64,000 bases of DNA from Candidatus Moanibacter sp. (lineage in GTDB: Bacteria; Verrucomicrobiota; Verrucomicrobiia; Opitutales; UBA2987), in contig CBDCEW010000104.1 of the NCBI GenBank assembly GCA_965215885.1, positions 160,001-224,000 of the forward strand, given 5' to 3'. Numbering within the stretch: the stretch's first letter is position 1; each line of letters opens with the position of its first letter. A program made the translations under genes and the position numbers. Shown here piece after piece: positions 50,109 to 60,595 of this stretch. The notes below the pieces were generated by a model. The model ran no database searches. It saw nothing but the letters and a program-made list of their open reading frames with translations, and was not told the DNA's origin.

Positions 50109-51079
50109 TCCAGCATCTTCATGACGCCGCCGAGGTATTGGCTGTAGAAGGCGATAATCTTATAGCCCGCGTAAAATGCCAGAACAAGAAAGATGAGTTT
50201 GGGGTACCAGAAACTCGCCTGGGCGAGGCTCTTGGTAGCATTTCCCTGATATTGACGGTTAAGGAGTGCGAGGTTGGCATCCAGTTGACCGGTCTGCTCG
50301 CCGGTAGTGTAGAGGGCGGCGAAGTCACTTGGAAAGACGGAGTAATCGGAGATGTATTTCCCCGGAGCCTGACCTGCCTTGATCTTTTCGGTCATCGATA
50401 GGGCAGCTTTTTCCGTGGCGGGGTCACCCGACACCAAGCCGGCGGCAAACCAGGTTTCAACCATGGGTGTGCCGGCGTTTATAAACGACTCGAGCGAGAA
50501 AGCGAAATCGGCAAGAGCCTGGTTCTTTCGATATCCGCGCAGCCCCGGGAGGATAAGCATGAGTCTAGGGATGACGGGGTTGTTCGTCTTGGTCAGAATG
50601 ATAAGAACCGCCATGAAAGCCCAGACCGGCAAGAGAAATACGAGGACGTTCCGAGCGTAGGCGTCGAAATGAAACTGCATCCCGGCATCGGCATCGAATT
50701 CAACCAGGTTAAAGACAGGAAAAAGAAAGATCCCGAAGTGCAAGACGGCCAATGGATAAAGCGTGGCGACAATGACCTTATAGAGATTCTCTGCCGATTG
50801 CTTGTGCTTGACGCTCAGTTTGCGGAAGGCATCCGGCATGCGCCCACTGTTGCTGGCCGCGGACAGGAGATAACAGTCGGCCTTATGCAACCAGCGTGGC
50901 GCTTCCTGGAGAACAGAGTCGATCGAGAGGCCGGCCTGAAGTTTTCCGACCAAGTGAGCGACATCGGATTTAGGTGGACCTTTGGCTAAGCTCAACGCCT
51001 CGGGTAATGGTAGACCGGCGTCAAGGTTCTGCGCGATCTGGAGGTACCATCCCGAAAGTTTTCTGTGTGATACTGCCAT
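50105..51079 (-). CDS. Type II secretion / type IV pilus F-family (PilC/GspF) protein
   Basis: Two T2SSF repeats (AGLPL..AL, TLYP; GEQTGQLD). Confidence 0.85.
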   Translation of the reverse strand: MAVSHRKLSGWYLQIAQNLDAGLPLPEALSLAKGPPKSDVAHLVGKLQAGLSIDSVLQEAPRWLHKADCYLLSAASNSGRMPDAFRKLSVKHKQSAENLYKVIVATLYPLAVLHFGIFLFPVFNLVEFDADAGMQFHFDAYARNVLVFLLPVWAFMAVLIILTKTNNPVIPRLMLILPGLRGYRKNQALADFAFSLESFINAGTPMVETWFAAGLVSGDPATEKAALSMTEKIKAGQAPGKYISDYSVFPSDFAALYTTGEQTGQLDANLALLNRQYQGNATKSLAQASFWYPKLIFLVLAFYAGYKIIAFYSQYLGGVMKMLE

Positions 51080-51094
51080 AAACTTTTTTCCGGA

Positions 51095-51763
51095 CTAAAG
51101 GACTTTTTCGTCATAGTAGTCCAGTTTATGAACCGGCATGGATACGGAGGTTGATATATTACCGAGGTGACTGATCACCCTTTTAAAAAACCGTGAGATG
51201 AGCACGTAAGAAACGGCGGTGGGCACATCCAAGTCCCCGCTGGAATATATTCGCAGAATAAAGTCTTCGCAGTCCTTACCAAGGCTCGTCTTCATGTGGT
51301 GCACGGAATTTGCGATTTCCACGCTGTCGTTGCGGAAGCAGTCAGCGGTCTTCGCGAACATCTCCTCGACTTGAGATTGAATGTTCTTCAAGGCTTCCAC
51401 ATAGCTGTCCTCTGGGAAAGGTTTTCCGTAATGTACGGCAACTTCCAGCAGATTCTTGCAATAATCACCGATGCGTTCGGCATCCTTGGTGATACTCATA
51501 AAGACGAGACACTGATTTGTTGAGTCTCCCGGTTGTATACTGAGGTGTTCAACGAGCCGCTTTCGAATGCGCCGTTCCGTCTTGTTTATTGATATGTCTT
51601 TTTTATAGATGTCCTCTGAGGATTTGCCTTCTTCGTAATTCCAAACGTAGTCCATCGACCAGCCGAACATGGAGTGAAGCGATTCGAGCATCTCGTTGAA
51701 TTGATCTACCGATTGGGAGAGGAGGTCGTGTTGCCGCCAGATAGAGAATAGTTGTTTGAGCAT
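51095..51763 (-). CDS. PhoU-domain protein
   Basis: DAERIGDYCKN, KRVISHLGNI; adjacent to the Na/Pi transporter. Confidence 0.85.
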   Translation of the reverse strand: MLKQLFSIWRQHDLLSQSVDQFNEMLESLHSMFGWSMDYVWNYEEGKSSEDIYKKDISINKTERRIRKRLVEHLSIQPGDSTNQCLVFMSITKDAERIGDYCKNLLEVAVHYGKPFPEDSYVEALKNIQSQVEEMFAKTADCFRNDSVEIANSVHHMKTSLGKDCEDFILRIYSSGDLDVPTAVSYVLISRFFKRVISHLGNISTSVSMPVHKLDYYDEKVL

Positions 51764-51778
51764 GATTTCGAATCCTTC

Positions 51779-52897
51779 CTAAAACAGTTTCACAGTCACG
51801 AAGACAAGCAAGCCGGGCACGACAAAGAATACGCCAAGGAGGTAAATTACCACAACTCTCTTCGATTTGACAGCGATTTCAGCCAGTGACTCAGCAGCCT
51901 TTATGGGTATATTGCGAATAGCGGGAATGGGATAGATGATGAGGATGCCGAGGAGATTAAAGAGAAGATGACAGAGGGCGATGGTGAGGGCAGCCTCCGG
52001 ACGCCCCGTTGTGCCGAGCGTTGCGAGGAGAGCGGTAATGGTGGTGCCAATGTTGGCGCCAAGGGTAACCGGAAAAATCTGACGCAGTCCGACGATGCCC
52101 GCCCCTGCCATGGGGACGATCAGGGACGTCGTTATGGATGAAGATTGGACGAGGACTGTGATGAACATTCCGAGTGCGATTCCAATGAAAAAACTCTTGC
52201 CGATTAACCGATCGAAGAAGACCTCCAATCGAGAGAGCATCATGCTCTTGAGGGTTTTGGTGAGGAGTATGAGGCAGCCGAACAAAAGGAGACAGGAGAG
52301 AGTAAGCAGAATCCAGGCCGTCACAAGTTCGCTGTTTGTGACACTTTCAAGGAAATCGCGAAGGCAGTCTATTATGGGCTTCGTTATCACCTTTACAGGG
52401 CTCGAAAATTTGAAACCACCTGCTTCCTGTATGAATGAAGTCACGAGGGTGGCAGTCTCTTCGATAAAATGCGTCGCGATCTCAAGCGGAAGGAGTAAAG
52501 CGACTGCGAAGAGGTTGAAGAAGTCGTGTACGGTGGCGGCAGAGAAAGCTCTTCTAAACTCGTGACCCTGGGTGATATGGCCAAGGGAGACGAGGGTATT
52601 GGTAACGGTGGTGCCGATATTGGCGCCCATAATGATCGGAACGGCGGCGGTGACACTGAGACTACCGCTCGCGACGATGGCCACGACCATGGAGGTCACG
52701 GTGGAAGACGATTGAACTAGACTGGTGGCGAGAACGCCTATGAACAGTCCAACAAACGGGTTAGCAGTAGCGACTTGCAACATGCCCTGAGAAGAATCAC
52801 CTCCCAGCATTTTGAAGGCCGTCCCCATCATCCCGATGCTGAGGAGAAAGAAATAGAGCAGAATCAGAAGGAACGCAGGCTTGACTGGAATTCTCAA
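51779..52897 (-). CDS. Na+/phosphate cotransporter (NptA-like)
   Basis: Two QSSS motifs, two GANIGTT motifs, ATVHDFFN. Confidence 0.93.
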   Translation of the reverse strand: MRIPVKPAFLLILLYFFLLSIGMMGTAFKMLGGDSSQGMLQVATANPFVGLFIGVLATSLVQSSSTVTSMVVAIVASGSLSVTAAVPIIMGANIGTTVTNTLVSLGHITQGHEFRRAFSAATVHDFFNLFAVALLLPLEIATHFIEETATLVTSFIQEAGGFKFSSPVKVITKPIIDCLRDFLESVTNSELVTAWILLTLSCLLLFGCLILLTKTLKSMMLSRLEVFFDRLIGKSFFIGIALGMFITVLVQSSSITTSLIVPMAGAGIVGLRQIFPVTLGANIGTTITALLATLGTTGRPEAALTIALCHLLFNLLGILIIYPIPAIRNIPIKAAESLAEIAVKSKRVVVIYLLGVFFVVPGLLVFVTVKLF

Positions 52898-53073
52898 AGG
52901 CTGTCTTCGATACGTCGATTCGACGAGAAGTCCTTCGGCTGATTCGAATGGGAAGTCAAGCGAGGACTTAGGAATCTGTCGGACTTAGAATTCCTAACAT
53001 CCCCCTACTGTCGCAGGCCTGTTTTGATGAATTTTCTGGACAGAATTGAAGTGAATTTTACTATGGGCGCGCC

Positions 53074-53673
53074 ATGGAGGATTGCTTGTCACAACGCGTT
53101 CTGGTGCTCAACCGCCTATGGCAGGCGGTAAATATTGTGGGAGCGAGACGAGCGTTTGCCATCCTCTTTCAAGACCATGCGAAAGTGATTCATTCCTCGG
53201 AGGGAGACTTTCAGGTGTTGAATTCGAGTGAATGGATCGAGTATTCGATTGCCCAACCGAAATCGAAATGGCGAGATACTGTCCACACCGTCAATTTAAA
53301 TATTCGAATACCGAAGATTCTCCTCTTGAATTATTACGACCGGCTTCCGATGAAGGAGATGAAATTCACCCGCCAGAACCTCTTTGACCGGGATGCCTAC
53401 ACGTGCCAGTATTGCAGTCGCATATTTCCGCACCGAAACTTGAACCTCGATCATGTAATTCCGCGTGATCGCGGAGGTCGAACGACTTGGGAAAATATCG
53501 TGACATCCTGCCACCGCTGTAACACCCGCAAGGGAAACCGCTATCCCCATGAGGCGGGAATGCGTTTGCGGCGAAAGCCCTTTCGGCCAAAATTTCGTCC
53601 TTTCATAAACTTCGTCCTGGGTTCCGACATCGACCAGTCCTGGGCCACTTTTCTGAACGTGGCAGGAAACTGA
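53074..53673 (+). CDS. HNH endonuclease
   Basis: VLVLN, RDAYTCQYC, DHVIPRDRGG, WENIVTSCHRCNTRK. Confidence 0.93.
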   Translation: MEDCLSQRVLVLNRLWQAVNIVGARRAFAILFQDHAKVIHSSEGDFQVLNSSEWIEYSIAQPKSKWRDTVHTVNLNIRIPKILLLNYYDRLPMKEMKFTRQNLFDRDAYTCQYCSRIFPHRNLNLDHVIPRDRGGRTTWENIVTSCHRCNTRKGNRYPHEAGMRLRRKPFRPKFRPFINFVLGSDIDQSWATFLNVAGN

Positions 53674-53818
53674 AGGCCGAAGAGAGAGAGAGAAGAGGGG
53701 TCACCCCTTCGACGGGGCTCAGGGCAGGAGAGATCACCGAGCCGTCTCCGCTCCGCTGCGCCGTGCCAGGGGAAGCACAGAGGACCACGGAGAGTTTAAG
53801 CCCGAGGAAATGAAGAGG

Positions 53819-56629
53819 CTACTTGGGGGAATCGAGGACTATAGCCTTAAGGCTTTCCTCGAGTGCGGCCAGGTCGGGTTTGTTATCCATTATTGTTTTG
53901 TCGATATTATCGAGGTGGAAGGAATCTACGGCGATGCCGCTCTCCGTCAGGATACGCGCGAATTTTATATCAAAGCCGTGGTCATAAATTGCTTTTGCGA
54001 TTCGATAGAGTATTCCGATTCGATCAGCTGTTTGGATTTCAACGATATCCTGGTCAATGGAGGGCTCGAAGTAGAGATCGACTTTGGGCGGAATAGGTGC
54101 GTGCAAGGTCTTCTTGCGGTTGAGATAGTTGGGACGACGAAGCTTTTTCGCCTGAGCGTGTATTCTGGGGAGCAGGTCTTTTTCTTTGAGTAGAGCGATT
54201 TCAAGACTCTCCTGGAAGATCTTCCTGACCGATTTTTCACGGACTGCCCCACCTCCCGGTTCGCAGACATAAAAGGTGTCGAGTGTGATGTTGTCGGCCC
54301 GGCTGAGGGCTCGACTGCTCAATATATTCACACCCGCGACGCTGAAAGCGCCAGCCAGTTTGAAAAACAGCCCGGGCCGGTCCCAGGTAACGATGTTGAC
54401 AACCGTCATGCTCAGATTGAGGTCGTCCTGCCAGTCCACGATGGGTACGAGGGTTTCCCATTTATCGGCTTCGTTGAGATGATTCAGGAATCGGTTTACC
54501 ATGTGTAAGTGGTAAGCGATCTCATTGACGCTTTTGTCCGCGAAATAGCTCTCCGGCAGATGCTTATAGTGCGCCTCGATTTCCTGAGTGGAAAGACCCG
54601 GAACCTTATTTTTGATCTGCTCCTTTGAGACTTTCTGTTTTTGCCTGCGCCTTTTTGATCGAGCCGCTCTGTTACCCAATTGTCTAAGAGTATTGTGAAA
54701 GAGCTGGCTGTGGAGCATATGCTTGTACCCGTTCCAAAGGCTGTTGGCGGTTCCGCGGGTGTCGCAGAAGGTAAGGACGTAGAGATAGCGGAGCGACTCC
54801 TCATTTCCTACAATCCTGGCGAAGGCTTTGCCTGTCTTCGGATCCTCACTATCGAATCTTTGCCAATAGCGGGCCATTTCCAGGTGGTTTCTTACAATAA
54901 AGACGACTTGTTCTTTGAAATTGGGTGCGAGTTGCATGCGGCTGAGGGCAATCTCCGCCAAACCGGCGCCGGTTTCGGCATGACCCGGTATGGTGGCGCC
55001 CTTTCCGATATCATGTAGCAGCAACATTGTGTAAAGCAGGCTCGGATAACGTGTTTCATGAATCTCGCGGCTATACGCTTCAAAGTAATCCGATTGACCC
55101 GTAAAGATTCGATCCAGCTCACGGATTGTATTCAGAGTGTGAATATCCGCGGTATACCGGTGATAATATTCGTGCTGAACAAGACAATTGAGGCCGGCAA
55201 ACTCTGGAAGAATGCGCTGCAGTACTCCCAGTTCATGCATCTTGTTCAGGGAAGGGTAGACCTCGCCAACCGTTTGGAGAATAGCACGGAAACTCATATT
55301 CGCGGAGGGGGAGTTTACAACTTTTCGAGTTAGGAGGGGAAGAGACTCGGTTATGAGGCTACTCAACTTCAGGTCCGGTTCAGCATGCAACTGCTGACTA
55401 TGGCGGAAGACGCGGATGAGGCGTTCCGGGTCAGCATTAAACACTTCGCTATCCTGATAGGTTAGGGTTTCACCCTGTTGGATAAATCCGTCGATTCTGT
55501 TCTTCCGTATGAAGACGGAAGGGCGAATTTTCCATCTTTTGGGTTCGGAATGATCTTCTGTGAAGGTGAGTTTCTTTCCGAGAATCTTCGAGATCTGATG
55601 AATGTCTTTTGCATGGGTGTAATAATCCCGCATAAACGCTTCCACACGCTTGAAAACATCTCTCTGTCTGTAACCCATGCCCCAGGCTACCTGTGGTTGC
55701 TTTTCGAGGTTGAGAAGATCCGTAGGACGTTCGCTTCGAAAATGAAGCTCGTGACGCACCTTGAGGAGAAAATCGTAACCGTTTACGAGTTTGCGATATT
55801 CCTCTTTGCGCAGAAACTTTCGGTGGAATAGTTTCTCCATGGTATCGATCCCCAGTTTAATCTGAGCCATCCAGAGAACATTGTGGTATTCTCTCAGCCC
55901 ACCGACACCTTTCTTAATCTCGGGCTCCTGTAGAAACACGGTGTCTTCGTACTTCTGACGACGGGCAGTCTGATCATCGATTCGCGCCTTGAGATAGGCC
56001 TTTGGTTTATCTTCCCGAGAGAACTTTTTGTATCTGCGTTTGAACTCCTGGAAGAGCGTCTTATGTCCAGTCAAAAAGCGAGCTTCCAGAAGCCCGGTTT
56101 TGGTCTCAATATCCTTTCTCGCATCCTCAATAGTATGGGAGAGATTGCGAGTGGAATGCCCAACCTTCAGCTTAAGATCCCATAGCATGTAGAGCATTGT
56201 CTCTGTAAGTGCTCTTTGCAGCGGGGCCAACTTTCGTTTTCTCACCCCGTCCGGATAAAGGAACATTATATCGACATCGCTATGAGGGCACAGTTCGGCT
56301 CGACCATATCCCCCAAGGGCCACGACTGCCACGGAACATGGTGGTTTACCATTTTCCCGACGAAATGTCCCGATGGCGTGCGAAAAGAGATTTTGGATCA
56401 AGACATCGATAACGCAGGAGCGTGCGAAGGCCACCCGCGATCCGCTGTCTCCTTTGCGATGATACCTCAGAATCATCTGATTCTCCAGTCTCAGAAAATC
56501 CTTGTAGGCGCCAAAAATCCGAGCCCTTTTTGTTTCCGGCTCAAATTTCAGTCTACGCTCCGCATGAAGGCGAAGCCTGGGAAAGAGAGGATCTTCCATT
56601 AATTGGTTATTCTTTAACTTGGCGCACAT
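53819..56629 (-). CDS. glnD: [Protein-PII] uridylyltransferase
   Basis: ALGGYGR, SDVD, HRYTADIH, LLHDIGKG, two ACT domains (DRPGLF, DRIGIL). Confidence 0.96.
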   Translation of the reverse strand: MCAKLKNNQLMEDPLFPRLRLHAERRLKFEPETKRARIFGAYKDFLRLENQMILRYHRKGDSGSRVAFARSCVIDVLIQNLFSHAIGTFRRENGKPPCSVAVVALGGYGRAELCPHSDVDIMFLYPDGVRKRKLAPLQRALTETMLYMLWDLKLKVGHSTRNLSHTIEDARKDIETKTGLLEARFLTGHKTLFQEFKRRYKKFSREDKPKAYLKARIDDQTARRQKYEDTVFLQEPEIKKGVGGLREYHNVLWMAQIKLGIDTMEKLFHRKFLRKEEYRKLVNGYDFLLKVRHELHFRSERPTDLLNLEKQPQVAWGMGYRQRDVFKRVEAFMRDYYTHAKDIHQISKILGKKLTFTEDHSEPKRWKIRPSVFIRKNRIDGFIQQGETLTYQDSEVFNADPERLIRVFRHSQQLHAEPDLKLSSLITESLPLLTRKVVNSPSANMSFRAILQTVGEVYPSLNKMHELGVLQRILPEFAGLNCLVQHEYYHRYTADIHTLNTIRELDRIFTGQSDYFEAYSREIHETRYPSLLYTMLLLHDIGKGATIPGHAETGAGLAEIALSRMQLAPNFKEQVVFIVRNHLEMARYWQRFDSEDPKTGKAFARIVGNEESLRYLYVLTFCDTRGTANSLWNGYKHMLHSQLFHNTLRQLGNRAARSKRRRQKQKVSKEQIKNKVPGLSTQEIEAHYKHLPESYFADKSVNEIAYHLHMVNRFLNHLNEADKWETLVPIVDWQDDLNLSMTVVNIVTWDRPGLFFKLAGAFSVAGVNILSSRALSRADNITLDTFYVCEPGGGAVREKSVRKIFQESLEIALLKEKDLLPRIHAQAKKLRRPNYLNRKKTLHAPIPPKVDLYFEPSIDQDIVEIQTADRIGILYRIAKAIYDHGFDIKFARILTESGIAVDSFHLDNIDKTIMDNKPDLAALEESLKAIVLDSPK

Positions 56630-56635
56630 TGGCCC

Positions 56636-56672
56636 AGGAATCTGTCGGACTTAGGGTCCGACAGGCTCCTAG
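56636..56672. repeat. Short hairpin made of two IS/MITE-like ends
   Basis: AGGAATCTGTCGGAC-TTAGG-GTCCGACAGGCTCCTAG; same left end at 52968-52997 and 413-425. Confidence 0.6.
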
Positions 56673-56745
56673 CGTCCAAGGTCTTTTCCTTGACAGCGAG
56701 AGGTAAGCCATTTCGTTGGATACCTTCGATTATTCAATTGGACGT

Positions 56746-59451
56746 ATGGCGGAAATTGGCAAAGCTTACGACCCTAAACAGGTCGAACCGAAATGGTATC
56801 GGGAATGGCTCGACAAACGCGCCTTTGCCGGTCGCGTGGATTCGAGCAGGGAACACTATAGTATTGTAATTCCACCACCAAACGTGACGGGCGTTCTGAC
56901 TATGGGGCATGTCCTGGTCAATACGCTTCAGGACTTATTCATCCGGAGGGCCCGTTTGGAGGGTAAATCTGTCGTCTGGATGCCGGGCACGGACCACGCC
57001 AGTATCGCGACGCACGCAAAAGTTGAACAGGCTTTGCGAGAAGAGGGGCTCTCCAGGCGCGATCTTGGGCGTGAGGCATTTATCGAGCGGTGTTGGGATT
57101 GGAGTGAGGAGCATGGAGGAATCATACTCGAACAGTTGCGCAAATTGGGAGCCTCCTGCGATTGGGACCGCACGGTCTTCACGATGGACGAAAGTTACCA
57201 AAAATCCGTCCTCCATTCTTTCGTCGAGTTCTTCAAGCGGGGCTACATCTACCGCGGAAAGTACATGACAAACTGGTGTCCGGACAGTCAGACCTCCCTG
57301 AGCAACGAAGAAGTGATCATGACCCCACTGAAGGATATTCTGTATAAGATTCGCTACGAGATTGCGGAAGAGCCCGGCAATTACCTCGAAATTTCAACGA
57401 CACGCCCGGAAACGCTCATGGGCGACACAGGAGTAGCAGTGCATCCTGACGATGAACGTTATCGGCATCTTGTGGGCAAACATGCCTGGCGACCCTTCCC
57501 GCGCGAAAAGATACCCATCGTAGCCGATGATTCTGTCGACAGAGAGTTTGGCACAGGTGTCCTCAAAGTTACGCCGGCACATGATCCGGTTGACTACGAG
57601 ATCGGTCAACGGCACAAGTTGCCGGTGGTCGACATAATGAACCCCGACGGCACCCTCAACGATCTCGCGGGTGAGCCTTTCGCCGACATGGATCGCTTTG
57701 AGGCGCGCGAGGTGGCGGCGAATAAACTCCGCGAGATGGGGCTGCTTGTGGCGGAAGAATCCTACGAGCATAACGTCGGGATTAAAGAACGCACTAATGT
57801 GATTATTGAACCCCGCTTGACCGATCAGTGGTGGCTCAGGTATCCCAAAGTGGAGGAGGCAAAGAGGGCCATTGAGATGGGCTTTATCCAGTTTCATCCC
57901 AAACGTTGGGAAAAGGTCTACCTGCATTGGCTGAATAACATAAAAGACTGGTGTATCAGCCGGCAGCTTTGGTGGGGTCAGCGCATTCCCGTCTGGTATA
58001 GAAAGGGATCCGATCGTAACGACCCGAAAAGCTGGCACGTTTCAGTGGATGGCCCGGATGATCCCGAGAATTGGGAGCAGGATGAGGATGTTCTCGATAC
58101 CTGGGCCTCCTCTAATCTTTGGCCCTTCGCCACATTCGGTTGGCCGAACCCCAGCGAAAAGGAGAGCGAGGAACTCCACTACTACTATCCGACGGACGTG
58201 CTCGTTACCGCTTTTGACATAATTTTTCTCTGGGTGGCGCGGATGATTATGTCTGGTCTCGAGATCTACGGTGGGGAAAAGGAAAAGCTGACCGATGATG
58301 AGATTCGGGAGCGCATACCCTTTCGCCATGTGTATATGCATGGGCTTCTTCGTGACAAGGAGGGTAAGAAGTTTCAGAAATCCTTGGGAAACTCACCGAA
58401 TCCATTTGAGATATTCGATAAGTTTGGCGCCGATGGAACACGCTTCGGTATTCTCAATATCGCTCCTTCCGGTCAGGATATTATTTTTGCCGAACAGCGG
58501 TTGGAGATCGGGCGCAATTTTTGCAACAAACTGTGGAATGCGTGCCGATTTCGCCAATTGTCCGGCCCCGTCTTGGACAACAGTTCTTTGGAATCCATCC
58601 TCGGACGTCTCCATTGGGACCTCTGCGATAGCTTCGACCACTGGATCCTGGCCGCAACGGTCAAGACGATGAGGGAAGTGGAGCGGCAATTCACTCAATT
58701 CGAAGTTCAACAGATAACTCAGGCCCTTCACACTTTCTTCTGGGGGGACTTCTGCGACTGGTATCTGGAAGCTTCCAAGGAAAAAATGCAGAGTGAGGAT
58801 CTGAAGGATAACTGCCTGGCGATCCAGGACCTGGTGATCCGGCAGGTGCTTCTCCTGGCCCATCCCGTTGTGCCCCATATCAGTGAAGAACTGTGGTGCG
58901 GCTTGGGCTATAAAGGAAAGAGGGACTTTCTACAGGAGACGATCCTGGAGCGGGCCGATGATCTTCAAGCCCTTCTCAGGATCGATGGCTCCATGGTCAA
59001 TCATGTTGAGCGGGTCAAGGATATGATATCGAAAGCACGCGCCCTGAAGGCGGATCATGACCTTTCGAATCGTCGGGACGTAACGTTTTACTACGTTGTG
59101 GACGGAAAGGATGTTCTGGAGGAGGATATCAATATAGTCAAACGACTGGCCGGAGCGGTGGTTTTTCGCCGAATCGATTCGCAACCTCAGAGCGCGCCCG
59201 CCGTGGTAACCGAGTTGGCTACAATCTACCTGGATCTTGCCAGCGCTGTGGACGTGGAGGCCGAGAAAGAGCGGCTAAACAGGGAACTCTCAAAAGTTGA
59301 GAAGATCATTTCCGGAGCTGAATCTCGCCTCAAAAATGAGGCTTTTCTTTCTAAAGCGCCAAAGGATGTGGTGGAGGGAGCGCGAAATCAGATGGCGGCA
59401 AATTGTGAAAAACGCGCTGAAATCGAGCGCCTCCTGGCCGCTCTCGAATGA
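56746..59451 (+). CDS. valS: Valine--tRNA ligase
   Basis: PPPNVTG..TMGH, TTRPET, KVTPAHD, DWCISRQLWWG, KFQKS; C-terminal coiled coil. Confidence 0.97.
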   Translation: MAEIGKAYDPKQVEPKWYREWLDKRAFAGRVDSSREHYSIVIPPPNVTGVLTMGHVLVNTLQDLFIRRARLEGKSVVWMPGTDHASIATHAKVEQALREEGLSRRDLGREAFIERCWDWSEEHGGIILEQLRKLGASCDWDRTVFTMDESYQKSVLHSFVEFFKRGYIYRGKYMTNWCPDSQTSLSNEEVIMTPLKDILYKIRYEIAEEPGNYLEISTTRPETLMGDTGVAVHPDDERYRHLVGKHAWRPFPREKIPIVADDSVDREFGTGVLKVTPAHDPVDYEIGQRHKLPVVDIMNPDGTLNDLAGEPFADMDRFEAREVAANKLREMGLLVAEESYEHNVGIKERTNVIIEPRLTDQWWLRYPKVEEAKRAIEMGFIQFHPKRWEKVYLHWLNNIKDWCISRQLWWGQRIPVWYRKGSDRNDPKSWHVSVDGPDDPENWEQDEDVLDTWASSNLWPFATFGWPNPSEKESEELHYYYPTDVLVTAFDIIFLWVARMIMSGLEIYGGEKEKLTDDEIRERIPFRHVYMHGLLRDKEGKKFQKSLGNSPNPFEIFDKFGADGTRFGILNIAPSGQDIIFAEQRLEIGRNFCNKLWNACRFRQLSGPVLDNSSLESILGRLHWDLCDSFDHWILAATVKTMREVERQFTQFEVQQITQALHTFFWGDFCDWYLEASKEKMQSEDLKDNCLAIQDLVIRQVLLLAHPVVPHISEELWCGLGYKGKRDFLQETILERADDLQALLRIDGSMVNHVERVKDMISKARALKADHDLSNRRDVTFYYVVDGKDVLEEDINIVKRLAGAVVFRRIDSQPQSAPAVVTELATIYLDLASAVDVEAEKERLNRELSKVEKIISGAESRLKNEAFLSKAPKDVVEGARNQMAANCEKRAEIERLLAALE

Positions 59452-59732
59452 TGCTGGTTGAGTAGCGGTTGTGAGTGGAGGATGAATTGACCGCGGATGG
59501 CGCTGATGAAAGCGGGAAGTATATCGGAAATAGATAGCGATTGATCCACAGATTCAGCGCAATTGTATTGTGTGGATGCACGCTGATGAGAAGGAATATG
59601 CGGTATGCGATACGGAGGTAGAAGATAGAGGATAGATTCCGGTGAAGAAGTCGCCGTCGCGGAATGCGGGACCACGTTCTTGCGAACGCGGTGATTTTTT
59701 AGCCGAATCAGGATAATTTCTTCTCCCTGCAG

Positions 59733-60110
59733 TCATCTCAAGGAGCGAATTTCTCCCGCGAGGGGACCAAAGCCGATGGGAAACTGTTTTTCTAGGAGAT
59801 CGATTTTGGTAGCGAGTGTTCTCGCGGCTTCAGTCATCTTTTCGGTTTCGAGTACCAGTGTTGGCCTTTCCGTCCCGTAGAGTCTCTTTTTCAATCGCCT
59901 CCTCCAATACGGATCACGTTTGCCTTTGAGGTCTTTGAGCCATGTTGCTTCCGGTATAGATTTGGATGAGGAACATAGCAGCCAACTTTCAATTGCAGGT
60001 GCAGCTACACCGATGGCGATCTTGAGTAAGGAACGCCCCTTCCGCTTCGAGAGACTCTTTCTGGCACGATCGGCGAATAAATCTGCAAGAACCTTAAAAC
60101 CATAAGCCAT
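59733..60110 (-). pseudogene. C-terminal fragment of a hypothetical protein
   Basis: IAIGVAAPAIESWLLC...LYGTERP...FPIGF looks protein-like; no credible 5' end. Confidence 0.4.
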
Positions 60111-60154
60111 CACGCTAAATACGCACCGAGAGTCCCTCTCAAATCTCCACAAAA

Positions 60155-60595
60155 TTACATGGGACCTTCGCCCCAGGGAATTTGCCATTCGATAAGCTCG
60201 ATGCGGTTGCCGTCGGGATCTTGGATGAAAAATCGATCAGCTCCAGGAATATCTACGGTTTCCTCGATAGCGACACCTTTGCTGGCAAGGGCAACACGGG
60301 CGGCTTTGGCATCTTTCAGAAAGAGGGCGATATGGCGGGGCGATTGGGTATCCGGCTCGTCTTTCAGCATCAGATGAAGCTGTTGATCTCCCAGTTTATA
60401 CCAGGCAACTTCAAAATCGAAAGTAGACGGATAGGGAACCTCCTCCATCTCGAGGATATCCGCGTAAAATCGACGCGCTCTTTCAAGATCGGTGGTACCG
60501 ACGGAATGGTGATGGATGCCGGTAATCCCGACCCCGCTGAATTGAAGAGTGTCCATGGGGCCATCCCCGGATGTGGATTCGGGCTCAGTTTTCAT
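60155..60595 (-). CDS. VOC (glyoxalase) family protein
   Basis: IHHHS, RFYADIL, QLHL, HIAL, DPDGNRIEL. Confidence 0.9.
   Translation of the reverse strand: MKTEPESTSGDGPMDTLQFSGVGITGIHHHSVGTTDLERARRFYADILEMEEVPYPSTFDFEVAWYKLGDQQLHLMLKDEPDTQSPRHIALFLKDAKAARVALASKGVAIEETVDIPGADRFFIQDPDGNRIELIEWQIPWGEGPM

Noticed and set aside
53074..53673. HNH nuclease as part of a defence or RNA-guided system
   Set aside because: Stand-alone member of a widespread HNH family between housekeeping genes; no array, methylase or partner gene
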